Assembly (NCBI GenBank): GCA_964035545.1
Contig: OZ037767.1
Coordinates: 24,630,628-24,694,627 of the forward strand
Length of the DNA stretch: 64,000 nt
DNA from: Bugula neritina
Lineage: Eukaryota; Animalia; Bryozoa
Direction: 5' to 3'
Position 1 is the stretch's first letter. Every line of letters starts with the position of its first letter. The notes beneath the pieces were generated by a model. That model worked only from the letters and a program-made list of their open reading frames with translations. It was not told the DNA's origin and did not search any database. The position numbers were made by a program, and so were the translations under genes. Positions 1 through 12,300 of this stretch are shown one piece after another.

Positions 1-262
1 TAGTCCTCGCACTCTGAATCTGCACTTTTATTGGTTGACTTCTAATTACGGCCACCAATTGCACACTCTTGTTTTCTAGAAACCGTTTGCTTCTCACATA
101 TTAAATTAGAGCCGAGTGTTTGTATTACTCATTCTTCTGTAATTACGCAATACTTGTATAGACCTAACTAATATGTGTTAGAGAAAGACAACTCTTAATC
201 ATATATATACTGCATAGAGTTGTTTCTATTTATACTAATATTATTCACCTCTATTTTCCAAG

Positions 263-268
263 CTTTGT
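263..268 (+). other. Candidate 6-nt ACC microexon (CTTTGT)
   Basis: TACTAAT branch-like motif, pyrimidine tract (ttcacctctattttcc), AAG acceptor and perfect GTAAGT donor at 269; frame-preserving in phase 2-2. Confidence 0.45.
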
Positions 269-417
269 GTAAGTGTTCTGTATTGTTACAAACAAACACT
301 GTGTTTTTTATTTACTTTTTTTAACATTCAAGCCTTAGTTTCTAAATGGGTTGTTTTAGTTGTTTGTGGTGTTGTTGTGCTCCCCTCAATGTTGTAATGT
401 AGCCATAATTTATTCAG

Positions 418-441
418 GTCTAGGAATAGCTTGTGTCAAAG
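418..441 (+). other. Candidate 24-nt ACC microexon encoding (R)SRNSLCQ(R/S)
   Basis: ttattcag acceptor and AG|GTAAGA donor; open in phase 2-2, matching the phase of exon 3311. Confidence 0.6.
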
Positions 442-1026
442 GTAAGAACACCTACTATCTGCTTAGCTTTCCTGTTCTCTCCGCACTATGACAGAGTTCT
501 GTAGATAGAGTTACGCTGTTTAATGTTCATTTATTCTAAATTTTTCTCAACTTTTATATACGGATTTATGTTATTATTTAAATATGCAATCATCATACAT
601 GGTTTATATAATCTCCATAGCCTTTTGATGATATTTTGGTTCATCTTTGTTCTAGTTTATTATTTTCAATTTGTTTTTCTTTTGGGCTGCTATTTGGTAC
701 TCGAGTTCTTTTCAGTAATTATTATATAGTAACTCTACCTACAGACTCTGGGGCTATCTGCTAAACCTGGGGATATAAAACTGTGATACAAACTTTACTT
801 CTTGCATTTAAGCATGCTAATATCATACCTACAGCATAGTTTGAAGCCTCATGGCACAAACTTTCCTAATGATAGGAGGGGGTGTAGTGGACGCCCCTCT
901 CCTGATCAGCCAGTTAGACCCTGTGGGGACTAAACCCTATTGCAGGCAATTATTTAACCTTTTTTAAACATGCAGCTGATACCTGCACATCTACACTGAG
1001 TAGTGAAACAGATTAGTTTCACTCAG

Positions 1027-1041
1027 ATATTTGTACAAGAA
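1027..1041 (+). other. Candidate 15-nt ACC microexon encoding (R)YLYK(K)
   Basis: tttcactcag acceptor and GTTAGT donor (a donor type used by constitutive ACC introns at 7151, 10244 and 10903); open in phase 2-2. Confidence 0.4.
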
Positions 1042-1345
1042 GTTAGTTAATTGTCTGCTTTCGTACCATTCACATGGTGTATGAATTGTTTTCAATTTTC
1101 CAAAGTGCATTTTCACTCATTACATGTTATAATTCCAACCTCTTCTACATTTATATCAATTATAAACAGTTTATAATGTTATAAGCGTTGCAAGGCAGTT
1201 GTTCCAATAATTCTTGTAGTATTTCTGTTGTGTTTATTAGTCAAAACATGGCCCTTTTTTTATGTTGAGTTTCTCTTTTGTGCTTTTGATTAACCAGCAT
1301 GTCAACTATGTTTTCCTACATTTTTCCTGTTAATTTTTTTGTTAG

Positions 1346-1393
1346 GACCATAAAATCAAGAAATTTGAGCGGCCAGTCGTTAAAAATGATGAG
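1346..1393 (+). other. Candidate 48-nt ACC cassette exon encoding (R)TIKSRNLSGQSLKMM(R)
   Basis: Long T-rich tract then ttag acceptor, AG|GTGAAT donor; open in phase 2-2. Confidence 0.55.
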
Positions 1394-2273
1394 GTGAATT
1401 TGAGTGGGCATGAACACCTTGTTTGGTGGTTCCCAATGTCCTATAAGCAAGGCAGTTATCTTTCCTGCTACATGCTGAGCTTAACGCATGCAACTCAATG
1501 CTTCTCTCAGCATATAACTTAGCTCATGCATAATGCTTTGTAGTTGTCTTCCTTTTCTTCCATTGAAATTCCAGGGGTTGGTTAAGTAATTTTTGCTGCT
1601 ATAGTTGTGGTGGTTGCCGACAAATGTACTTCCTCAGGCTATGCCATGTCCAATCAGCTTAAAATTTGAAGTTCTTATGTCCACCAGTTGTTTTTCGAAA
1701 TGTTGATCTGTGCATCAGTTTTTCATTATGAGTTTTATTGAATTTCAATAGCCGTAAATTGAATCATGTTGATTAGTATCTGTTAAAAAAGTTGCTCTGC
1801 TGAATCATCTAGAAATGGAAAAAATAACACTAATATTATTAAAAAATTGGAATTGAAAGATGCTATAGGGATTGTCTCCTCACTCTTCATAATATAAGTA
1901 CCAATATAAGCCACATATAAGTGGCAATGCAATATATTTGTTCAAGTAACTTTCCTGCGAGTTACATTGGGTAGTAAAATGTGTAGTAAACACTGCATGA
2001 TCCATCACAAGCTCAAGTCAAGAAGTAAAAGCATCGGAAAGAATCACAAGGCGCTTTATCAGCTAATCTGTAGTCAGAATTAACTCAATGAGATTCTGCA
2101 CAAGTTTTGCATAATCTTTACCACCTTTTAGATATCTGGGACAATAATAGCACTGTAGAAACTTGCACTCCCTATACTCTGTACACTAGGATATTTCCAC
2201 CTAATGCTTGTATAATACAATGCCTATATATAATATAGTACCTGTATAATTTAGTGCAACTTCAATTTTACAG

Positions 2274-2285
2274 GCCTCTACTCAA
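2274..2285 (+). other. Candidate 12-nt ACC microexon encoding (R)PLL(K)
   Basis: tgcaacttcaattttacag acceptor and perfect GTAAGT donor; open in phase 2-2. Confidence 0.55.
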
Positions 2286-2454
2286 GTAAGTCTTGATCTT
2301 GTAAAATGCTTTCTTAGTTTGATTCATGGCTGCCCTTTTCTTTGCATCTTCTGCCCTCTATCAGCTTCTAGTGGATTGCATAGCCTTGCAGCATCTCTCT
2401 AGTGCCTGTAGTAAAACTGTGTGTTATATCGTAGCTCTAGTTGGCATGCAATGG

Positions 2455-2533
2455 TGGCGGTAGTTGTGGTAGTATTAGTATTAGTAGTAGCAGTAGTAGT
2501 AGTAGTAGCGACATAAGTGGTAGCAGTAGTAGT
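2455..2533. repeat. Degenerate (GTA/GTG/GCA)n microsatellite in ACC intron
   Basis: gtagtagcagtagtagtagtagtagc run seen directly. Confidence 0.8.
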
Positions 2534-3310
2534 TAACATTTGCCTAATCTGTATACCATACTATGTTTTACACTGTACAGCATGTATTACTGTAGATGTA
2601 CATTTCATAGCATGAACTATACAAGTTTACCTTCACATTTATAATGTTTCATCTCCTTGAAATTGTTAGCAACTTAAAAAGTTTGGTATTTATTGTTGTA
2701 TGTGCATAGTAGAGCTATAATATTGTTTAGTATCCTATGTTTGTATGACGTGTTACCTTATGGATGTAGTAAACGTTTCTGCACTACTTACAGCTTGCTT
2801 CATACTCATTAGTGTGTTTACTTACTCTCCTAAAAGCAAATGAAATTTGTTATATTTGCCTACATATGAATAACAAACGCATCAGAAAAGTACTTGTTTT
2901 GTGTTGAATTAGATATGTTGATTTTTGTAATTAAAATATGTCAGAATTTCATATAAACTGTTAGAAATGTTATAATGAAATGTTTAAGTTGTTTAATAAT
3001 ATATGAAGTTAGTTTTTGCATGTGCAGCATGTGTTGAATTTGATGGTGAAAAGTGTTAATGTACTGCTAAAATGGGAAGTGAATGTCTTATTTTATGAGT
3101 ATAGTGTAAGTACTGATTGATCAACACTATTTGTACTGTCGTAACCTACTATTCACTGCTATGTAACCCAATTTAATTATCAAAGTAATACAAGGCATGA
3201 AACTCTTCAAATTGACTCCTCTTAGTAAATGAGTGCTATCTATTAACTTATATGAATATGAGTAACCATGACAACTGCTCTTGCGTAATAAGGGGAAATT
3301 TCTCTCGTAG

Positions 3311-6300
3311 ACACAGACGATCTTCGATGTCGAGAATCAACAGTGTGAGTGATCACGAAAGCCTATGCACATTCACAGCCACCGAACTTCCTCCCTGTCA
3401 AAGAATGGGAGTTATGGCCAGCTTTAGGAGCTTCGAGGAGTTCACACAGTGAGTATTCAGTCTAGATGGGGGGAGGGGGGTCTGCCCCCCCCCAGCTGCT
3501 AGGTTGTAGATACTAGATAGTCAACTATATCTGACTGCATAGGTTGTGTTTTGTAGATTTCTGTTGTGTCTTCTTGCTTCATTGGCTTCACTGTAAATAA
3601 AATTATGTTGTAGTCACTTTGACGTGTTGCTAAGAAGATTTGTCTTCCCGACAATAGACTACCACGACAAGGCTAGCCTATCTACCTCCCCTAAAGAACA
3701 TACTGCTGCAACTGATGATGAGCCTATACACATCCTCATGATAGCCGTGAAGGCAGATAAAACTGAAAACACAGACGAGGAACTGAGCAACAAATTCTTG
3801 GAATTCTGCAACGCTAAGGTGTGCACTCGTAACTTCTGAAATAATTTAGCAGCTCAGCATATTGATAAGCTATTCTGGGCGGTTCAAAAGGAAAATTGTA
3901 GACCTGCAAGTCTTGACAAAGTGTAACACATCTACCTATTGAGTAAAATATGTTTATATGATTCTTAATCTGGAATTATTATATATTTTATGGCTGGTTC
4001 TTGCAGTTCTGGTAATTTTCTAGTACTTGTATATTGTTTAGTTATATTTTATTCTCCAGCTAGTTGTACACTGTTGAATCTTCTTTATTTAGTCTGCTGA
4101 CATGAAGGCAAAGGGTATCAGAAGGATCACATTTGCTGTCTTGTATTCTAAACTGTGGCCTAAATACTTCACATACCGTCACCGTAAAGCTGTAAGTATC
4201 TACCTTACCATAGTATTGTCTACCTTGCTATAGTATTGTCTACCTACCAAATTTTTCCTTACATTTGCATTATCTGCAGACAGCTTGAAGCTCACCAGCA
4301 GTCTCACGTTCTGTTTAATCAGACATAAATTGAATTCTGTTTCCACCATTTAACATTATGTCAACAAATATATTGCTGTGAATGAAACAATCACTTAAAT
4401 CAGGCGTATACATTTTAAATTATATATGCTCAAGTATTCACTGTACGTTAATATATATCTCTGTATCCACATCTCTCTCTCTCTATCCACACGTCTGTTT
4501 CTATTTAGTATGCAGAAGACAGAATCTACCGGCATTTGGAACCGGCTCTTGCTTTCCAACTAGAAATAAATCGAATGAGAAACTTTGACCTCGAGGCTAT
4601 ACCGATTGACAACCACAGGATGCACATATACCTGGGGAAGGCTAAGCAGGTGTCCCGCACTCAAGAGTCTACGGACTATAGGTTCTTTGTCCGAGCTATC
4701 ATTCGGCATCATGACTTTGTTACCAAGGTATGTGTTCAGGTTACTTCTCTAGCTTCCTACGCACGTAGAAAAGTTAAAATCAATTTTTAAAGTTGCTTAT
4801 ATTTACCAGTTAAATTCATGAACATTTATATCAAAATTAAAATTTAGTTTTAAGAAATTTTCTATTAATGAAAGTTGTTCAGAATTTTTCAATTTGCAAC
4901 TTGGTTTATTTGTGATGTTTTTTTTTTAAACAATTGTTTAGTTGATTGATGATAAATTTTATTAATATTGTTTTTTCTAAGCAATTTAAGAAATCTCAGT
5001 GTAAAAACCCCAACTTATACAAGCTCAGTCTACAAGACCCTAAATAACATAGTCTCACGTATTCATGTCAACCATTTGTTTGTAGGAGGCTTCCTATGAG
5101 TATATCAAGAATGAGGCTGAGAGGACTCTGCTAGAGGCAATGGATGCTATGGAAGTTAGCTTCTCTCATCCTCTGGTAAGATATTTCACTAGTTGATTAT
5201 CTCACCTTGCACGTGTGTGTGGATAAGGAGATTGTAGACTAACAAACTGCAGCATTCTACGCTGAACCAGGGGTTGTCTATTAATATGTAGCTTAAGTGT
5301 GTAAATGCTGTAAGACAGTGGTTATACTCCTAAGAAAGTATTTTCTTTGAGATCCATTTGTTACCCTAACAGCCGCTCTGCAATACGTTTGGAGAATTTT
5401 TGATGTAATTTGTTATTCCGTTTCTCTATTGTACGTGTGCTGGTTATGCAATGTTGTCCAGCAGTGTGCAGCTTGTTCTAGTTAGCGGGAGTAATACGAG
5501 ACTCTTGTGGTAGACAGGATGCAGCTAATAAGTTGTCTTCTTTGCAGAGCTCCAGGACCGACTGTAACCACGTCTTCCTGAACTTCACCTCAACTCTGAC
5601 AATCACTGACCCAATGAACCCTAGTCAGCTGATGAGCACCGTACGAGAAATGGTTGTTCGTTACGGCCCTCGGCTGTGGAAGTCTCGGATCTTACAGGCA
5701 GAGCTGAAGATGACCGTCAGGTATGAATGTTATACAACATATCATCATGTTCAACTTTCACTACCATGTCCTGGTCGGGTGGTGGATGCAACATAATATC
5801 ATGGCTGTAGCTTATTCAATATACTTAAGATGTTGAGATGTAAAATTATTTTTTGTTCCTCATCAGTTTTTCTTGTTGAGGGAAGTGTTTCCATGCATTT
5901 CTACCTTCATTCTGATGTTATACTTTATGGCCAGCCATGCAAATATGCATCATAGTTGTGATGTAGTCCTATACTACAAGTGTGTCTAATACTGTGGCTT
6001 AGCTATTAACTTAATCTGGTTGATGAATTCAATAAAAAATGGAACAGCATATAAAGCAATATGCACAGTAGAAGACAATTACTAAATAGATTATTTGTTG
6101 TCAGATTTCAGCCAAATGGAGAGAAAATACCAATAAGAATGTTTCTGTCAAATGAGAACGGCTACTCTCTGGACATCAGCATGTATAAGGAGGACACTGA
6201 CCCTGTCACTAGCCAGGTCACCTTCAAGGCGTTTGGCAATAAGTCGGGACCTCTTAATGGCTTACTGGTCAGCACACCCTACATGACCAAGGTAAGACAA

Positions 6301-9300
6301 TTACTAATCAGCACGCCTTACATGACCAAGGTAAGACAATTACTAGTCAGTATGCCCTACATGACCAAAATAAGACAATTACTAGTCAGTACACCCTACA
6401 TGATTAGGGTAAGACAATCACTACTCAGTAACACTCGAATCAGGAAAATATGACAAACGCTTGTAACAAAGTCCAGATCTAGCAATAGGCTACTTACTTA
6501 TATAGTTGAATGATCTTCTACTTATTTTAAACGTCTGCTGCTTTTTAGGATCATCTTCAACAGAAGAGGTTTATAGCTCAGAACCAGAACAACACGACGT
6601 ACGTTTATGATTTCCCTGAGGTGTTCAGACAGGCTCTCTTCTCCGCCTGGCAGGCTTCCGGAAAAGGTAAAATAAACATACTGTCGAAAATATGTATTCA
6701 TTTTGCATACTAACTGCTGATCATATTATTGTGTTTTCTGAACTTGCTCTACGCTGCTAAGCAAGAAGCTGCTATTTAAGGTTTCAAATCCTACTTGTAA
6801 AAATATGTTTCTTCATCTTATCACACATATTTCAAATTGTATTTACTCTTTGCAATTAGTTGTGTTAAATGTAAGTAGTGGGATGAAACGTTTTTGCTAT
6901 TGCCCATGGGTTTCACACTGTAGAAATATACACATAATGCTTTCCTTCATTGTGTAACTTGTTCACTAAGCACATGGCATGTATAGGGGTTTATCCAAGT
7001 ATACCTGTCTGCCAACATACAATATGTATGATGCTGGTGGTTGTTGTAGGCAAGGAAATCAATGCTGCAGATATAATCGACTGCACAGAACTGATATTAA
7101 ATGCCGACAAAGAGTTGGTTCACCAGACTAGACTACCCGGAGAGAACCTGGTTAGTATTTTATTGAACACTGCATTCTGTAGCAAATGTATGTATAAAAT
7201 GTCTTCAGAATAAACATGTCTGTAGCTATCTGTAGCAGGCGTATGTACGAAATGGTTTCGGTGTAACCTTGATTTGTATCTGCATTATTTGTGTGTGAAG
7301 TTCAGATTAAGCACATCTTTAATACATTCTTAATTAGATTGGTATGGTGGCCTGGAAAATGACCCTGAAGACCCCGGAATACCCAGAAGGTCGTGATATC
7401 ATCATCATAGCCAATGACATCACGTTCAAGATCGGCTCATTTGGTCCAGACGAGGACCTCCTCTTCCTGCGGGCGTCGGAGTACGCCAGAAAGCACGGTC
7501 TTCCCCGAATCTACATATCCGCTAACAGTGGGGCACGCATCGGTATGTGGTTACCATAGCAACCAGCTTACCCAGCTTGCCTGCTGCACCATACTTGACA
7601 TACCTTTACAATAAATAACTTGATAAACTTGAACTTGTTTCTGAGCTGAATGGGAAAAGAAAATTGTTAAAACTGTTTACAGGTGTGGTTCGTAGAGATT
7701 ACGTTTACTCTCCTAAGCCAATCACAGTGACTTTTCTAATGCTGACTTAAACAACTGCGCTGTTTAACAATATGTCATGTCTCAGCCCACTAGAAATTAT
7801 GTGATATGTACTTTGATGTATTGCTTTACAGGTTTGGCTGATGAAATCAAACCCCTGTTCAAAGTTGCATGGAACGACAACTCTGACCCTGACAAAGGAT
7901 TCAAGTACCTGTATCTGACACCAGAGCACTTCATCAAGGTGTCAGGTTCAGTGAAAGCCCAACTGATAGAGGATGAGGGAGAATCTAGATATAAGATCAC
8001 AGATATTATAGGTAAGGTGCTAGCAGGTGCTCTAGTTTGCATTGGTTAAATGCTTTCTAGTATATTGGCAGCAACTCATGCTTGAGAGAAATGTATGAAC
8101 TATTTTTTGATATGGCAAATAGAAAACATCAACAGTTTTATATAATACCAATTTAATAATGTTAAACTTGGCTATATGACTATTATTTTACTTGTATCGT
8201 GATAACTGTGTACTGGATATTACTGATTTCATTAATTTAAAGCTATCAACAGATTTTACCTTTAAGATCCCCAGCAATGCATGTTATAGTGTCTGTATGA
8301 GCTGAAGTGAAGTAGTTAACAGAAGTACTTGCTGTTGTATAGGTGCTTCACACGGCCTGGGAGTAGAGAACTTGAGGGGGTCCGGTACGATAGCCGGCGA
8401 GTCGTCCCAGGCATACAATGAGATCCCAACTATAAACCTGGTGACTTGCAGAGCTATTGGTATCGGCGCCTACCTGGTGAGGCTGGGGCAGAGGACCATC
8501 CAGCACGAGAGCTCACACATCATCCTCACTGGAGCTGGTGCTCTCAATAAGGTGGGTTCAGGCTACGACTTGCTTATTTCTTGCATGTGGCATAATAATC
8601 TAGATAATGTAGAGTGTATTTTATTCTTAATAATTATATATGCCATACTAAATTTTATTACTAAATGCTGTAATTTATAGTAATGGATTTAAATAATTGG
8701 TATAAGATGCCTACAATTTATAGATAGTTTAGATTATATTTTATCATTTGTAATTGTATGGACCCACTAAATTATAATTTAATAAATTACATTGCTAAAT
8801 GTTCTAATTTATGTTAATGAGTTTAAACAGTTGATTGAAGATATATTGTGTCAGCTGTATAATATTACCTAATAACCTGCATACTGTAGGTGCTAGGTCG
8901 TGAGGTGTATAGTAGCAACAGTCAACTCGGTGGAACACAAATCATGTACAACAATGGAGTGTCACATCAAGCTGTTAGCCATGACTTGGAAGGAGTTAGA
9001 ACTATAATCAAATGGCTCTCCTACATTCCTAAGGTTTGCCGGTACACTTACTGGTTCTTATATGTCTGTTTCCTGTATAGAGTGCAACAGTGCAAGGGAG
9101 TGTAGCTTGCATACACATGTGTATCCTATCTTACCTGTGTGTGTATTGCTTCTTGATACAATCTCACAGTCACTAACAGTTGCTCCACGTTATGTGAATG
9201 GATTTTTCATTTAATGTTTGGAAACAGTTACTTCGAATAAAACCACAACCATAAGTTAATGCAAACCGCAACCACAAATTCATCCATACAGATCCATTGG

Positions 9301-12300
9301 AAGCAATGGGAATGCAATGTAGGCAATTCTCACAGCCTTTCTTAGTTCTAACTATGTATAAAGAGACCCCGGTTTAATTCTCCTTAGACAGATGGTGTGT
9401 TTAGTCATCCCATGGCTTTAGTTATTGTATTTGTTGAACAGACAACGCAATCTCCGTTACCCATCACCATATCATCAGACCCTGTAGACAGGAACATTGA
9501 GTTTATACCGTCCAAGACGCCATACGACCCTCTGCACATGCTCGCTGGCAGGGAGACGGAGGGCGGGTGGCAGTCTGGTTTCTTTGACAAGGTAAGCTAG
9601 TAAATATTTTCTACTCAACTTTAGTTTCCTCTACAAAATAAGATATTGGGCTAATACACAGTAAAAGTATATTTAAACCCACTTTAAAGCTGCACAATCA
9701 AGTGCAGCTATTGCAGAGTGTTGAGGTAAATACTATTAATGCTCACTGCAGGGTTCATTTGACGAAATAATGGCTGCCTGGGCCCAGACTGTAAGATGTG
9801 GTAGGGCTAGACTGGGAGGCATACCTGTAGGGGTCATAGCTGTGGAGACGCGAACTGTTACACTCTCTGTCCCCGCTGATCCTGCCAATCTAGACTCTGA
9901 AGCTAAATTAGTCCCTCAAGCAGGTAATGCTTTGGCGAAAGCTACATTTTTATATAGCAAGTAATAGAGATGTAATTTTCTGTTCTAGACTTTGTAATGT
10001 CGGATTTTATAACTTTTTTGAAAAAATGAATTTAACCTAAATGTACAAAGTTTTAATATCGGAAACATTAGAAATACCACAATGCCTTCGTAAGCCATTT
10101 CCTATCTCTCACAACTAATATAGGTCAAGTCTGGTTTCCCGACTCTGCATACAAGACCTCACAGGCTATCAAAGACTTCAACAGAGAGGGTCTACCTTTG
10201 ATGGTGTTTGCCAACTGGAGAGGTTTTGCTGCGGGCATGAAAGGTTAGTTATATAACTTGTGTGTTCCTGGGTGTTACGGAATTGGCTACAGTAAATGGC
10301 TCTCATGGAGGTTGACCAATCAAGACTTTGTAACGTCACCATTACATGTTTACAGCATCACAGAAGAATATTTCCCGGTAAACGACATCAAATGTACTCA
10401 AAAATTGCCTCATTATTGTACCACAGCTGATTTATTTTTTAATTTTTAAATAAGTTTGTTTGGTTTGAAATCTAGCACTAGCTTCACACACAAAATACTG
10501 GTGCTACATATACGCCCCCTCAGTCACTCCAGCTTTTCTGAATTGGAATCTAGCTCTATGATAAGCTACCATAACAAAATTGGCACACTGTGTAGAGAAT
10601 TTTAAAACCCCCACCTCTTGCTTCTAGCTAATTGGCTGGTTTAGAGATTATGAGCATACGTGTAATAATAAATATACTCAGTTAAATGCTGGCAACTTGA
10701 GTATAACTCAACTGCATGTTACAGATCTGTATGACCAAGTATTGAAGTTTGGTGCATACATAGTCGATGGTTTAAGAGAATATAAACAGCCAATCATGGT
10801 ATACATTCCACCTCACGCTGAACTTAGAGGCGGGGCTTGGGTTGTCGTAGATCCAACAATTAATGATCGCCGCATGGAGTTGTATGTTGACCCACAAAGC
10901 AGGTTAGTGGAGCTTAGCTTAGCGTTGCCAGCTGCCCTCGATGGTTAATACTGTAGCCTATGACTAGTTGCGGTAATTTCTAGTGTTGGTAATACTGTTG
11001 TGTATGTTGATAGAGGTGGTGTGTTGGAGCCCACAGGCATTGTGGAGATCAAATATAAACGCAGAGACGTACTAAAAACCATAAGAAGGCTTGACTCAAA
11101 ATATCAGGCTCTTGCTGAGAAACTGGTTAATGAGAAACTATCCATTCAAGAAAAGGTATTTGCAAGTTATCTTGGAGAAATGTATATTTGGAGATTTTTG
11201 GCTCATGTAATGTTGGTTTTACTTGCAGTACTTATAGTAACTTCTATAATTGCTAATAATACTAGTGTTATATTACGTAGTAGCCAGAGTGTTTTTTACA
11301 GTCAACAGTAAATAATATGTAATATATATTTACAAATAATACTGTTATTGTTTGACCACCAATCCAACACCTATAAACTCTACAAGTGCCTGTGCAAATG
11401 TCAGAGTTGTGTAACCTTGCTATTTATTTGTTAGCATGACATTGAGCTGCAGATGGCGCATCGAGAGGAATATCTCATCCCAATCTACCACCAGGTGGCA
11501 GTTTCATTCGTAGACTTGCACGACACTCCTGGTAGGATGCAAGAAAAGAACTGCATAAATGTGAGTTTTGTATATTGTACTTTTGCTAATATATGTTTGA
11601 GTTCAGTTTTAGGAGTTTTCTACTCTAGTGGCTGTTTAACTATATTCACATCAAACCAACTTTTAAATTCAAAATATTTGTGTGTAGCTTGTGTTTTGAT
11701 CTAACCTTGAAATAATGCAATCAACTCTTTACATCATCATCCAATATAGGACACGTAGCTACCTTGAACGTTGGAAAGTATTGTAGATGTTATAGACATT
11801 GAACTGAAGCAAGGTTTATACAATTTGATCGAATTTCTCATGGACTGTTGCGCAATATTTACAGGATATAATTCCATGGAGTGGAGCCAGGAAGTTCTTC
11901 TACTGGAGGTTACAAAGACTGCTGCTGGAAGATCAGGTGATTAAACTGGTCAAAGCTGCCAACCCGACCCTCACTGACCTGCATATCCAGTCAATGCTGA
12001 GTCGCTGGTTCGTTGAGGCCAGAGGTGCTGTACAGGTTAGTTGACTTCGTATTCGTATATTTAGTTGAGTTCATATTCCACGGGGATATGCTTGTGACTT
12101 GGTTTTATTCATCAGCTAAAGTTAGTATGTTCAAATACCTATTATTTGGAAAAAGCCTATGATATTATATTTTATTGTACTGTATTATATTGCACACATC
12201 AATGATTAGTTGGAATAACATATATGTGTAGAAATAGCGTGTTCAGATTATCCCAATCATCTTCCTGGCTATTCTATGAAGGGTCCCTCTTGCAAGTAGC

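Noticed and set aside
745-945. Exon-like segments after acag at 744 and 834
   Set aside because: Stops in phase 2 or non-3n lengths with poor donors.
1575-1580. Sixth possible ACC microexon (ccag|GGGTTG|gttaag) after a strong pyrimidine tract
   Set aside because: Weak donor, and its terminal TG would form TGA when joined to exon 3311.
3467-3493. G-run/C-run hairpin (ggggggtctgccccccccc) in an ACC intron
   Set aside because: Simple homopolymer complementarity; no other evidence of function.
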